DNA of 60,175 nt from a virus (lineage: Duplodnaviria; Caudoviricetes): IMG/VR virus record IMGVR_UViG_3300025398_000018, positions 1 through 60,175 of that record, one strand, 5' to 3'. Below are positions 35,746 through 45,600 of the stretch, piece by piece (the stretch's first letter is position 1; the number at the start of each line of letters is the position of its first letter). Below the pieces are notes generated by a model. That model had not been told where the DNA came from and made no database searches. It saw nothing but the letters and a program-made list of their open reading frames with translations. The position numbers were made by a program, and so were the translations under genes.

Positions 35746-37299
35746 TTGGACATTATTGATAACAGGGCGTTATTGCTCAAGGTTCGTGACCCGAGCCGAA
35801 TCACAGGTGTGATTCCCAAGAGCAAACTTATTCGTTCTGAAGGAGAGAACTATCACGAAGTCCTCGTGCATTGGGGTTTGGAGGAAATGCAAGTCCTCAA
35901 AAATTTAAAAATACAAAACATACCCTCACCAATTAAAGGTAAGTATGTTTGGCCCGGTCAATACAAACCTTTTGAGCATCAAAAAGAAACCGCATCATTC
36001 CTAACCTTACATCGTAGGGCTTTTGTATTTAACGAACAAGGCACAGGCAAGACTGCTTCAGCTATATGGGCGGCTGATTACTTAATGAATCTAGGACTAA
36101 TCAAACGAGTTTTAATTGTATGCCCGCTATCTATTATGGATGCCGCATGGCGTGCAGACTTGTTTACGTTTGCTATACACCGCAGAGTAGACACAGCCTA
36201 TGGCAGTAGAGAAAAGCGTAAAAAGATTATTGAAGGTAACGCCGAGTTTGTAATCATTAACTTTGACGGCATAGAAATTGTGCACAACGAGATTGATAAA
36301 GCTAACTTTGATTTAATTATCGTTGATGAGGCTAATGCCTATAAAAACCCTACTACAAATCGCTGGAAAGTATTTAACTCGTTAATCAAACCACATACTT
36401 GGTTGTGGATGATGACAGGAACTCCGGCGGCTCAATCACCAGTAGATGCCTATGGCATAGCTAAGCTGGTTAACCCTTCAGGAGTACCTAAGTTTTACTC
36501 GCACTTCAGAGACATGGTTATGCAAAAGATTACTATGTTTAAGTGGATACCCAAGCCTAACTCCGAAGATGTAGTCCACAAAGTATTACAGCCAGCCATA
36601 CGCTATACCAAAGAGCAATGCCTTGACCTGCCTGAGATTACATACCAAACGCGTGAAGTCCCTCTAACCTCACAGCAACAGAAGTATTACGATATGCTAC
36701 GCAAGCAGATGCTGGTTCATGCGGCAGGGGAAGAAATCACTACCATCAATGCGGCGGCTAATCTTAACAAATTGCTTCAGCTTTCTTGCGGTGCAGTATA
36801 TTCAGACACAGGCGAGATTGTTGAGTTTGATGCGTCTAACCGCTTAAGAGTGTTGAAAGAAGTTATAGATGAATCTAGCCATAAAGTGTTGGTGTTTGTA
36901 CCATTTAGGCATGCCATCGAAGTTATTAAAGAAAGTCTCGAAGCAGATGGCTATACAGTAGACCTTATACATGGTGGAGTACCTGTAAACAAACGTACAG
37001 AAATCTTCAAGAAATTTCAAGAAACTCCAAACCCTCGGGTATTGATTATCCAACCACAAGCCGCTAGTCATGGCGTGACCCTTCATGCCGCAAACACAAT
37101 CGTATGGTGGGGTCCGATTACCTCCTACGAAACCTATGCTCAAGCTAATGCTCGGGTACACCGAAGCGGGCAGAAAAACCCTTGTACAGTTATCAGGCTC
37201 AAAGGCTCAAGCGTGGAGAAAAGACTATACGAAGCACTGCAAAATAAGCAGGACATTCAGGGAAGTATTATGGCGTTGTACAATGACTTACTTAGTTGA
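35746..37299 (+). CDS. SNF2-family helicase
   Basis: QGTGKT, IIVDEA, MTGTP, QANARVHRSGQ; likely TTG start at 35746 behind GGAG. Confidence 0.88.
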   Translation: MDIIDNRALLLKVRDPSRITGVIPKSKLIRSEGENYHEVLVHWGLEEMQVLKNLKIQNIPSPIKGKYVWPGQYKPFEHQKETASFLTLHRRAFVFNEQGTGKTASAIWAADYLMNLGLIKRVLIVCPLSIMDAAWRADLFTFAIHRRVDTAYGSREKRKKIIEGNAEFVIINFDGIEIVHNEIDKANFDLIIVDEANAYKNPTTNRWKVFNSLIKPHTWLWMMTGTPAAQSPVDAYGIAKLVNPSGVPKFYSHFRDMVMQKITMFKWIPKPNSEDVVHKVLQPAIRYTKEQCLDLPEITYQTREVPLTSQQQKYYDMLRKQMLVHAAGEEITTINAAANLNKLLQLSCGAVYSDTGEIVEFDASNRLRVLKEVIDESSHKVLVFVPFRHAIEVIKESLEADGYTVDLIHGGVPVNKRTEIFKKFQETPNPRVLIIQPQAASHGVTLHAANTIVWWGPITSYETYAQANARVHRSGQKNPCTVIRLKGSSVEKRLYEALQNKQDIQGSIMALYNDLLS

Positions 37300-37323
37300 C
37301 ATTGTTAAGAGTTATAGTATACT
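37296..37323 (+). promoter_or_regulatory. Putative sigma70 promoter
   Basis: TTGACA-16 bp-TATACT. Confidence 0.55.
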
Positions 37324-37341
37324 TACAAGAAAGGAGAATGA

Positions 37342-37716
37342 ATGACAGCTATGCGTAACCCTGATGCGAAGCATATTGACTTTGCTGACCTAATTGGGAT
37401 TATACCTAGCAATCCTAGATTTCTTCCTTCTAACCTAGATATGGTACTTGAAAGAAAAGGTGACTTTTTAATAGGCGAATGGAAAAGACCAAATGAAAGT
37501 ATCAGTAGAGGACAAGAAATTCTCTTACAAAACTTAGCCAAAAAGCCGGGGTTTCTTGTAGTGCTAATCGAAGGTAATACTGACGATGGTATGGAAGTAA
37601 GTAAGGTGCAATTATTTAACCCGCACAGAGGATGGGTAGATTGGGGAGATAGTGTAGAAAGTTTAAAAAGCTTAATTACACAGTGGTATGAGAGAACAGA
37701 GAGGAAAACAAGATGA
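37342..37716 (+). CDS. Hypothetical protein, possible PD-(D/E)XK fold
   Basis: LDMVLE....FLIGEWK; AAGGAG RBS. Confidence 0.55.
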   Translation: MTAMRNPDAKHIDFADLIGIIPSNPRFLPSNLDMVLERKGDFLIGEWKRPNESISRGQEILLQNLAKKPGFLVVLIEGNTDDGMEVSKVQLFNPHRGWVDWGDSVESLKSLITQWYERTERKTR

Positions 37717-38108
37717 GCGAACAAGTACAGGCAGATAAGCTAGCCAGTGCGTACATAAAAATGCGAGACAAGCGTAAAGAAATTCTTGCGGCTTATGAAG
37801 ATGAAGACAGAAAGATTGAAGCACAGATGGAAATGGTAGCCGAGGAATTATTAAAGCTATGCAAGGACATTGGTGCAGATAGCATCAAGACGGCAGTTGG
37901 CACTGTATTTAGGTCTGTAAGGACGAGATACGAAACTACTGATTGGGAGAACATGTATGCTTTTATTAAGGAACATGATATTCCGCAAGTCTTAGAACGC
38001 CGTATAAGTACCACAAATATGAAGCAGTTTTTAGATGAAAACCCAACGCTAATGCCAGTTGGCATGAATGTTAATAACAAGTACACAGTTACTGTAAGGA
38101 GAAAATAA
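37713..38108 (+). CDS. Conserved replication-module protein
   Basis: Coiled coil followed by SIKT..GT and DW...Y.FI motifs. Confidence 0.65.
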   Translation: MSEQVQADKLASAYIKMRDKRKEILAAYEDEDRKIEAQMEMVAEELLKLCKDIGADSIKTAVGTVFRSVRTRYETTDWENMYAFIKEHDIPQVLERRISTTNMKQFLDENPTLMPVGMNVNNKYTVTVRRK

Positions 38109-38110
38109 CA

Positions 38111-38293
38111 ATGGAACACTTGCCATTGACAGTCGATGAGGTTGCGAAGATACTACGTGTCTCTCGACAAACAATTTATGTTTTATGTAGGGAAGGAAAA
38201 CTACCGCATTTTAAGGTAGGAACAAAACTGCGTTTTCACAAAGCAGATATTGAAGCGTTAACCAACACAACAAGAGGAGTAGTAAATGAGTAA
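38111..38293 (+). CDS. Excisionase-like HTH DNA-binding protein
   Basis: LTVDEVAKILRVSRQTIY.L.REGKLP.FKVG..LRF. Confidence 0.8.
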   Translation: MEHLPLTVDEVAKILRVSRQTIYVLCREGKLPHFKVGTKLRFHKADIEALTNTTRGVVNE

Positions 38294-39185
38294 CGAACTA
38301 AGTATGTTAAAAGGAAACCTACCAGCCCACTTGCGTGGCGGTGTAGACGAAACAACCAAAGCCCTTATGGGTGGTGGTGCAGTATCCACAGGACCAAGCA
38401 TCAAGCGTATTTCAATTAAGGGTTCTGTATTCCGTATGGTAGTTGAAGGCAAGGAAGTTGCTAAGAACGAAGAGCGCTCAATGAATGTAGTTATCGTTGG
38501 AGCGGCACAGCATAACTCCCGCACTTTCTACGAGGCTACTTTCTCAGAAGGTCAAGGCGCTAAGATGCCTGATTGCTTCTCTGATAACGGTATCGGACCA
38601 AACCCAAAAAGCACAGCCCCACAAGCGGCTACTTGCAAAGATTGCCCACAGAACGTAGATGGCTCACACCCAAGCGGTAAAGGGCGTGCGTGCCGTTTTA
38701 GTCGCCGTCTAGCAGTATTGCTTGAGAACGACCAGCATGGCGACATCTTCCAATTAACCCTACCAGCGCAGTCTATTTTTGGTAAGGGTATTGATGGTAA
38801 ATTACCATTAGAAGCCTATGTACGCCTCTTGGGTACAAACAACGTATCAGTGACTTCAGTAGTTACAGAGATGCGTTTTGACACAAGTAGCGCCACACCA
38901 AAACTTACTTTCAAAGCGGTTCGTTATTTGGAAGAAGACGAGTTTGCTAACGCACTAGTTAAAGGTAAGACAGCAGAAGCTAAGACAGCTATTGGTCAAA
39001 CCCCTGCGGCTATTGATGGTGCAGTTGCTATTGAAGCACCTAAGCCAAAAGCTAAGATTGCAGACCCTGTGTTAAATGCGGTTGAAACTGAAGTTGAAGT
39101 AACGCCTGAGCCAGTAAAGCGTGCTAAGAAGACTGAAGCGGAAACGCCTAAGGATATTAACGCTGTCCTAGACGACTGGGCATAA
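38286..39185 (+). CDS. ssDNA-binding/annealing-like protein
   Basis: RISIKG..F, C..CP.N...G.G.AC, acidic-aromatic C-terminus LDDWA. Confidence 0.55.
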   Translation: MSNELSMLKGNLPAHLRGGVDETTKALMGGGAVSTGPSIKRISIKGSVFRMVVEGKEVAKNEERSMNVVIVGAAQHNSRTFYEATFSEGQGAKMPDCFSDNGIGPNPKSTAPQAATCKDCPQNVDGSHPSGKGRACRFSRRLAVLLENDQHGDIFQLTLPAQSIFGKGIDGKLPLEAYVRLLGTNNVSVTSVVTEMRFDTSSATPKLTFKAVRYLEEDEFANALVKGKTAEAKTAIGQTPAAIDGAVAIEAPKPKAKIADPVLNAVETEVEVTPEPVKRAKKTEAETPKDINAVLDDWA

Positions 39186-39254
39186 TAGTAACGGGGTGTG
39201 TGAGTGCTTAAATAGCGAAATAAACGACCGCTAGCCCCACCTAATAAGAATAAT

Positions 39255-39482
39255 ATGACTGGATATTCCGTAAAATTTACTGAGGCTGTTGCTAAAGCCA
39301 ATCAAGAACTAGTTGGCGTAATGCTAGCTAAACTATGTATCAAGAAAGATATTTCTGTAATAGAGGTAGCCGAATATTTTGGTGTGTCTCGCACAGCTAT
39401 ATACGCTTGGTTCTTAGGTAAGAGCGAACCCAATAAAGTACATGAAGTAAAGATTTACAAGTATTTAAAAAAGAAGGCGTAA
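39255..39482 (+). CDS. HTH DNA-binding protein
   Basis: SVIEVAEYFGVSRTAIYAWF.G...P. Confidence 0.7.
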   Translation: MTGYSVKFTEAVAKANQELVGVMLAKLCIKKDISVIEVAEYFGVSRTAIYAWFLGKSEPNKVHEVKIYKYLKKKA

Positions 39483-39542
39483 GCCAACCGGAAAGCTGGG
39501 TGCCATCCAGCTAGATGGGATTATTGTCGGCGCAATTTGAGG

Positions 39543-42377
39543 ATGTACATGACCTCGTGGAATAGTTTTCTCTCTACGATACTGCCTGAGGAAGGTCTCG
39601 GCTGGTATTGCATAGGGAGTTATAAGAAGAAAACCACACCGATTACGCACTTTGTACAAACTATTGCAGAAGCTGAAGTTTTAATTCAAGAACTGCTGGA
39701 TAAAAAGAAAGACGTATATTTCGGGTGCTCGAAATTTATTACAAATGAAAATAGAAAGGCAATTAACGCAGGGTGGCAAAAATCATTTTGGCTTGACTTA
39801 GATTGTGGACAATCGTATTTTGATGCGGGTACTGGCTACCTTAACCAAGCCGAAGCGATTACAGATATTAAGCGCCTATGCGCTGAACTAGATTTACCTA
39901 AACCTAATATTGTTTTCTCAGGTAACGGCATCCACGTACATTGGGTAATGAACCGCACTCTCGAAAAAGAAGAGTGGGTAAAGACTTGCGAGTATTGGAA
40001 GCAACAACTAAAGCGGTTAGACATCAAGGCTGACCCATCTAAGATTACTGACTTAGCGGCAGTACTGCGTATCCCTGATACCCTTAATTTTAAATCTGAC
40101 CCACCCTTAAAGGTAGAGTGGAAGGCGCAATGCCCACCCATGGACTACAAGGAGTTTCGGGCTAAGGTAATAGGCGATATTGAGATTGAGCTTGATTTAA
40201 ATAAAGCCCCTCGCCGACCAATGGATGAGACCACCCGCAGATTACTAGGTAATAAAGTATCTAACTTCTCAGCTATTATGAAGTCGGGTGAGTGCGCACA
40301 GCTTACTTACTTCCATAAAAATCAAGGTACGATTGACTACAATATGTGGCGTGCTGGGCTGTCTATTGCTCAATTCTGCGAAGATAGGGATAGCGCTATC
40401 CATAAGATGTCTAAGTTTCACCCTGAGTATTCGTTTCAAGATACTGAGAATAAAGCTAACGACATAGGCGGACCTTATCACTGCGTAACTATTGAAGGTT
40501 ATAACCCCGGCGGTTGCGAAGGTTGCAAGCATAAAGGTAAGATTACAAGCCCTATATCTATTAACTCTAAGATTGCTAAAGCTACCGAGGAAGACAATAC
40601 TGTTACTTTAAAGAGTGCAGAGATTTCTACCGAAGTTACTTACAAGATTCCTGAGCTACCATTCCCATACTTTAGAGGTAGGCAGGGCGGCATATACAAG
40701 CAAGGCTATACAAAGGAAGACGGCGAATCGGTTGACGATAAACTAATCTTTAAGCATGACTTTTATGTAGTTAAGCGGATGATTGACCCTGACTTAGGTG
40801 ATATGGTTTGGATGCGGGTACACCTACCCAAAGACGGTATTCGTGAGTTTGCATGCTCAAACCAAGCGCTTATGACTTCAGATGAGTTTAAGAAAACTGT
40901 GTCTAAACATGGGGTTATTGGTGACCCTGAGGAGATGAAACAGATTATGAGTTACATAACTTCTTTTACTAAAGAATTACAGGATAGAGAAGTATCCGAG
41001 CAAATGCGCACCCAGTTTGGTTGGTGTGATAAAGATACTAAGTTTATTGTGGGCGATAGGGAGATTACCGCAACTACAATTAACTACTCACCACCATCTA
41101 ATACCACGCTATTCTTTGCACACATGTTTAAACCTAAGGGTACGCTGGAAGATTGGCAGAAAGTCGTTAACTCGTATGGTAGACCCAAGCAAGAAGCTCG
41201 TGCGTTTTTATTCTTTGCGGGACTAGGCGCACCGCTACTTAAGTTTACTAATCAAAAGGGCTTAATCTATTCCATTACGGAAAACGAATCAGGTACTGGT
41301 AAGACGACTATCCAAAGAATTATCAATAGTGTTTGGGGTAATCCTACGGATATGATGCTGATTGCTAGGGATACATTAAAGTCTCAGTTTCATCAAATGG
41401 GTGTGTTTAACAACATCGCTGTCTGTACGGATGAGGTTACCAATATGGATAACGAGCAAGTCAGTAACGTGGCGTATGGTGTATCACAAGGACGGTCTAA
41501 TAACCGCATGAAGTCCAATACAAACGAGATGCGGATTAACAATACTACATGGTCACTACCAGCTTTCTTTTCAGGTAATGCCAGTATGCACGACAAGATG
41601 GCGGCTCTCAAGGCTACCCCCGAGTCTGAGCAGTTACGTATCGTTGAGCTAGAAGTATCTCCCGATAAAGATATGACTAAAGAAGAAAGTGATGCACTCT
41701 TTGAGCGTATGTTGCCAGAAAACTATGGGCATGCTGGACCGGTTCTAGCCCAGTATATGGTTGCTAATCTACCTGAAGTTAAAAAGCTATTAGACGAAAC
41801 ACAGAAGAAATTTGACAAAGAAGCCCAGCTACAACAAAAGCAACGGTTCTACTCAGCCGGTGCGGCGACTGCGTTTACTGCGGCTATCCTTGCCAACAAG
41901 CTAGGGCTGATTGATATTGATACTAAGGTTGTTTGGGACTGGGCTGTTAAATACTTTAGCGAGTTGCGTGAAAGCGTTAAACCTGCTGAGCGTGATGGCA
42001 AAGGCGCAATCGGTGCGTTCCTAAACGAGTTCAATAGAAACTTATTGGTGGTTGATGACGCCAACGATAAACGCACTGGGCTTACCAAAGCGCCTATGGT
42101 CATACCATATGGACCACTTATTACTCGTTATGAACCTGATACTAGCTATCTTTGGATTACTGTGGATAAGCTACGAGTATGGTGTACAGAGCGTCAAACT
42201 GGATTCAAGGGTGTCATTGACGACCTTAAGAAGTACGACCCTGAATGTTGTGTTAAGAAAAAGGGAATGGCAAAGGGTACTGCACTAAACACTCCAGCTG
42301 TTAATGCGCTGCGTATTGACTTACGCAAAGTACCTATTGAAATAGCTATTCCGACACCAGCCGATGATTCTAAATGA
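39543..42377 (+). CDS. Primase-helicase (AEP-type primase + DUF927-like ATPase)
   Basis: WLDLD, SGNGIHVHW, LRIP (primase); C..C Zn site; SGTGKTT and DE (helicase). Confidence 0.85.
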   Translation: MYMTSWNSFLSTILPEEGLGWYCIGSYKKKTTPITHFVQTIAEAEVLIQELLDKKKDVYFGCSKFITNENRKAINAGWQKSFWLDLDCGQSYFDAGTGYLNQAEAITDIKRLCAELDLPKPNIVFSGNGIHVHWVMNRTLEKEEWVKTCEYWKQQLKRLDIKADPSKITDLAAVLRIPDTLNFKSDPPLKVEWKAQCPPMDYKEFRAKVIGDIEIELDLNKAPRRPMDETTRRLLGNKVSNFSAIMKSGECAQLTYFHKNQGTIDYNMWRAGLSIAQFCEDRDSAIHKMSKFHPEYSFQDTENKANDIGGPYHCVTIEGYNPGGCEGCKHKGKITSPISINSKIAKATEEDNTVTLKSAEISTEVTYKIPELPFPYFRGRQGGIYKQGYTKEDGESVDDKLIFKHDFYVVKRMIDPDLGDMVWMRVHLPKDGIREFACSNQALMTSDEFKKTVSKHGVIGDPEEMKQIMSYITSFTKELQDREVSEQMRTQFGWCDKDTKFIVGDREITATTINYSPPSNTTLFFAHMFKPKGTLEDWQKVVNSYGRPKQEARAFLFFAGLGAPLLKFTNQKGLIYSITENESGTGKTTIQRIINSVWGNPTDMMLIARDTLKSQFHQMGVFNNIAVCTDEVTNMDNEQVSNVAYGVSQGRSNNRMKSNTNEMRINNTTWSLPAFFSGNASMHDKMAALKATPESEQLRIVELEVSPDKDMTKEESDALFERMLPENYGHAGPVLAQYMVANLPEVKKLLDETQKKFDKEAQLQQKQRFYSAGAATAFTAAILANKLGLIDIDTKVVWDWAVKYFSELRESVKPAERDGKGAIGAFLNEFNRNLLVVDDANDKRTGLTKAPMVIPYGPLITRYEPDTSYLWITVDKLRVWCTERQTGFKGVIDDLKKYDPECCVKKKGMAKGTALNTPAVNALRIDLRKVPIEIAIPTPADDSK

Positions 42378-42564
42378 GGGAGTCCCAGTTATCGTTGAAT
42401 GGCACTCAATGGTGCTGGGCGCTTCTTTTTTCATACCGGCTTTAGATACTGAACCGCTTATCGAAGAAATTTTAGTGGAAGCTAAAAAACATCGTATAAG
42501 ATTAGTATATAAAGAGGTAATTGAAAACGAAAAAATCGGTATAAGGTTCTGGCGTAAGAGCTAG
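42364..42564 (+). CDS. Small hypothetical protein
   Basis: W..M..G.SFFIP...GIR.WR. Confidence 0.6.
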   Translation: MILNEGVPVIVEWHSMVLGASFFIPALDTEPLIEEILVEAKKHRIRLVYKEVIENEKIGIRFWRKS

Positions 42565-42627
42565 TTCTTGGTGTATATTCGAGGTGACAAATGTTTCCTC
42601 ATTTGTTTTCTCCTCATAGATGTGTTT

Positions 42628-42655
42628 ATCCCCGGTTAACCCCGGGGATTTTTTT
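42628..42655 (+). terminator. Intrinsic terminator ending the early/replication arm
   Basis: ATCCCCGG-loop-CCGGGGAT-TTTTTT. Confidence 0.8.
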
Positions 42656-45600
42656 AACCGTAAAGGCGTTGGCGTAGCTTAGTTACGTTCTTAGCCATAC
42701 GGTCACGCTGGTCGTTAATTTTATCTAGCTCTGCACGCTTTCTATCTTCAGGCATTCTAAAATCTTCACGTACCATTTGCTCACGACGTTTTAAAGTTAC
42801 GAGCTGGCGTTCCATAGTTTGAACCATACCACGAAGCTGTATTTCGTTTTTATGCTCTTCACGATAGGCTTGCTGTTCTTCTCTTGGAAGATGCTTCATA
42901 TTCTTTAGCGTATCGTTAGCCTTATTAACATCCCGTGCTGCTTGATAAAAATCCGACAATACCGCAGTATTTTCATCTTTGCTCATAAAGCTACCCATAT
43001 TAGGTAAGCCAGCAATCATCTCGCCAACGCTTTTAGTTGGGCGTGGAGGTCCACCCCTTACAGAGTTAATTAAATCGTCTGTAGCCAGCGCTGTTAAGGT
43101 CATAGCCGTACCAAAGTAGCCACGTAATAAGTGGTCTACAACCAAAGGAGAAGCTCCTGACATAGCACCAATAGCCTTAGCCATTTCAGATGTATTCTTA
43201 GTGAACTGCCTATCGGTGTCTAAACGGCGCATAGTTGCGTTAACAATTTCACGGTCTTGGAAGAAATCATGGTTAGTACCTACTTCAAGAATAGGGCGTA
43301 CGATTTGGGGTATACCCTGAGAAGGAGGCATCATAGAACCTAAAACTGCACGGCTCATAGCGTCTTTCATCATTTTAGGGTCTGTAGTCCCATTGTCCGC
43401 CATCATCTGATAAGTGTACTCACCGATAACTTTAGGTAGTGCAAATACGTCAGTACGAATTGGAATACCAAAACCACCACTGCCGGGAATCATAAACATA
43501 CGGTCACGGCTAACACGGTTCTTGCGTTTGTAATCCTCATCATCACCCATAGCCATAGAGTAGATAGCGCTTAAAGCTACAATCTTAGCGGTAGTAGAAA
43601 GCAATACTGCCTGAGCAGCTCTACGTTCTTGAGGCGAAATACCACGCCCAGTAAGGGTTTTAATTGCTACGCTATTAACTTGTAGATACGCATTAAAGAA
43701 CGGAATAACACGGCTAGCAAACTGCAATCTTGGGTCACCACTAACACGGCGGAAGTTAACGATTTCTGCAGCTTTTTCCATAGCTTCAGTTTTAGATAGC
43801 CCTTCTTTGATAGCTTGGTTATATACACCCTGACGAATGACGTTATCCGATGCGGAAGATAGTCGGTCAAGATTACGCATCAACTTCTTCCAACTGCTAG
43901 GGTTATCCAAACCTAAACGCTTAGCAACAGCGTCTTCTTCACTCATGGCAGTATAGTCGTGGGTTTCCAAAATACCTGCTTTTATTAACATCTTACGAGT
44001 ATCGCTAGTTCCCTGTGCAGTCCTAGATACTTCCTTAGCAATCTCTTTTAGTACGCCAAAAGGACTCTTTAATCCTGAGGTATACATGGCAGTATAAGAA
44101 TCACTAAACAGCTGGACTGCTGAGAACAATGGGAAACGAGTAACGATATGGCGCAGTGCGTTGGTTACTTTAACTGCTGCACCAATACCGGGGAATATGA
44201 TTGGCTCTAAACCAATAAATGCTTGCGCAATCGCAGGGTCTGCAACGTTAAACTTACGCTGGATACCATCGTAGTAAACAGTAAACGTGTTGCCATGACC
44301 GCCTTCACCCTCACGTACTTCTTCAGGTAAATGCTCTTTATAGTTTTCAAGCATAACTTGTAATTGCTTATTACTAATAGCACGGGCAAGCGACCACTGC
44401 ATCCACTGATACATATTCTCAATCGGGTCTTGCACCTCACGCATGCTACCCTTCATGGTACGGTCAACCATAGACTCACGTAAACCACGAGCCATTACCT
44501 GTGGACCAGATGCCTTTTGGTCTTCCATATCACGGAAGAACGGCACATATGTAGAATCATCAAGCCACTTCTCAGCTTGGTCTTTAGTCTTTACGCCAGC
44601 CTCAACAAGTGCGTTAACTACGGTATCACGCATCTTATTCCAAACTTTAGTACCTTCAGCGATTTCCGGATAGGCTCTATACAGCTCCATACCAGCGGCT
44701 ACTTGTTCTTTAGTTTTATGGCGAACTTTACCGCTTAAATCTTCTTGGGCTTCTCTTAGCTTATCAAGAAGAGCTTGTTTAGTATCAATTTCTTTTTTCT
44801 GTGCAGGGGTACGCTTCTTATTTGCACGCAAAACTATCATCTCTTTTTCTAAACGTGCAATATCTTGCTCAGTTTTGTCCAAAGATTTGTACATGCTATC
44901 TAAACGATTAGCTTCATATGCGGCGCCCATGATTTGACGAGCACGGCTTGGCTCTACGCCTAGTTTAGTAGCAAGACCTTTAATTAGCCCTTCAAACTTG
45001 CTCATGTTTACGCCATCTTTAGCATCAACGGCTTCCCAACGATTGGTTACAGGGTCGTAGCTATAGGCACCACGTTCAATAATTTGATTAGCAAGGTTGC
45101 CACGGTGTAAAGCTTGAGAGGTACTGATACGGAGTAATGCTTTCTTAGCATCATCCATAACCATGTTACCTTTTTTAGCTTCACCCATTAAATGGTTGTA
45201 CATGCGGTTGTTAAAAGCTTGGTCAAATGAAGCAATGTTTTGACCTTTACCAAATGTAGCGGCTACCCAATCGTGATTACGCTCATAGGCTTCCGTCCAA
45301 CTATCTTTAGCTTTATTAAAGTCAGCTACTTTGCTTTCAATATAGTTCTTCTGACCTTCAGCGGGTTTACCACCAAATGCAGACATCAAAGTTTCAGCGG
45401 TCGTACCTTGAGCAGTTCTTTCTAGTTTAGCTATATCAGTAGTATTTGGGTCATATGTACCTTGGTTACCGATAGCGGATTTAATTTGGTTTGGTTCAAA
45501 AGCTACCCAATGACGCCCATCTTGAAACCCATCATACCCACCAGCTTTTAAAACACGTTGTTTAGCTTCATCTGAAAAACTTGTATTAGCAAATATTCCC

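Noticed and set aside
38111-38293. Excisionase as evidence of lysogeny
   Set aside because: No integrase or repressor/att module was seen; this HTH family also acts as a general regulator. The missing part of the genome is unseen.
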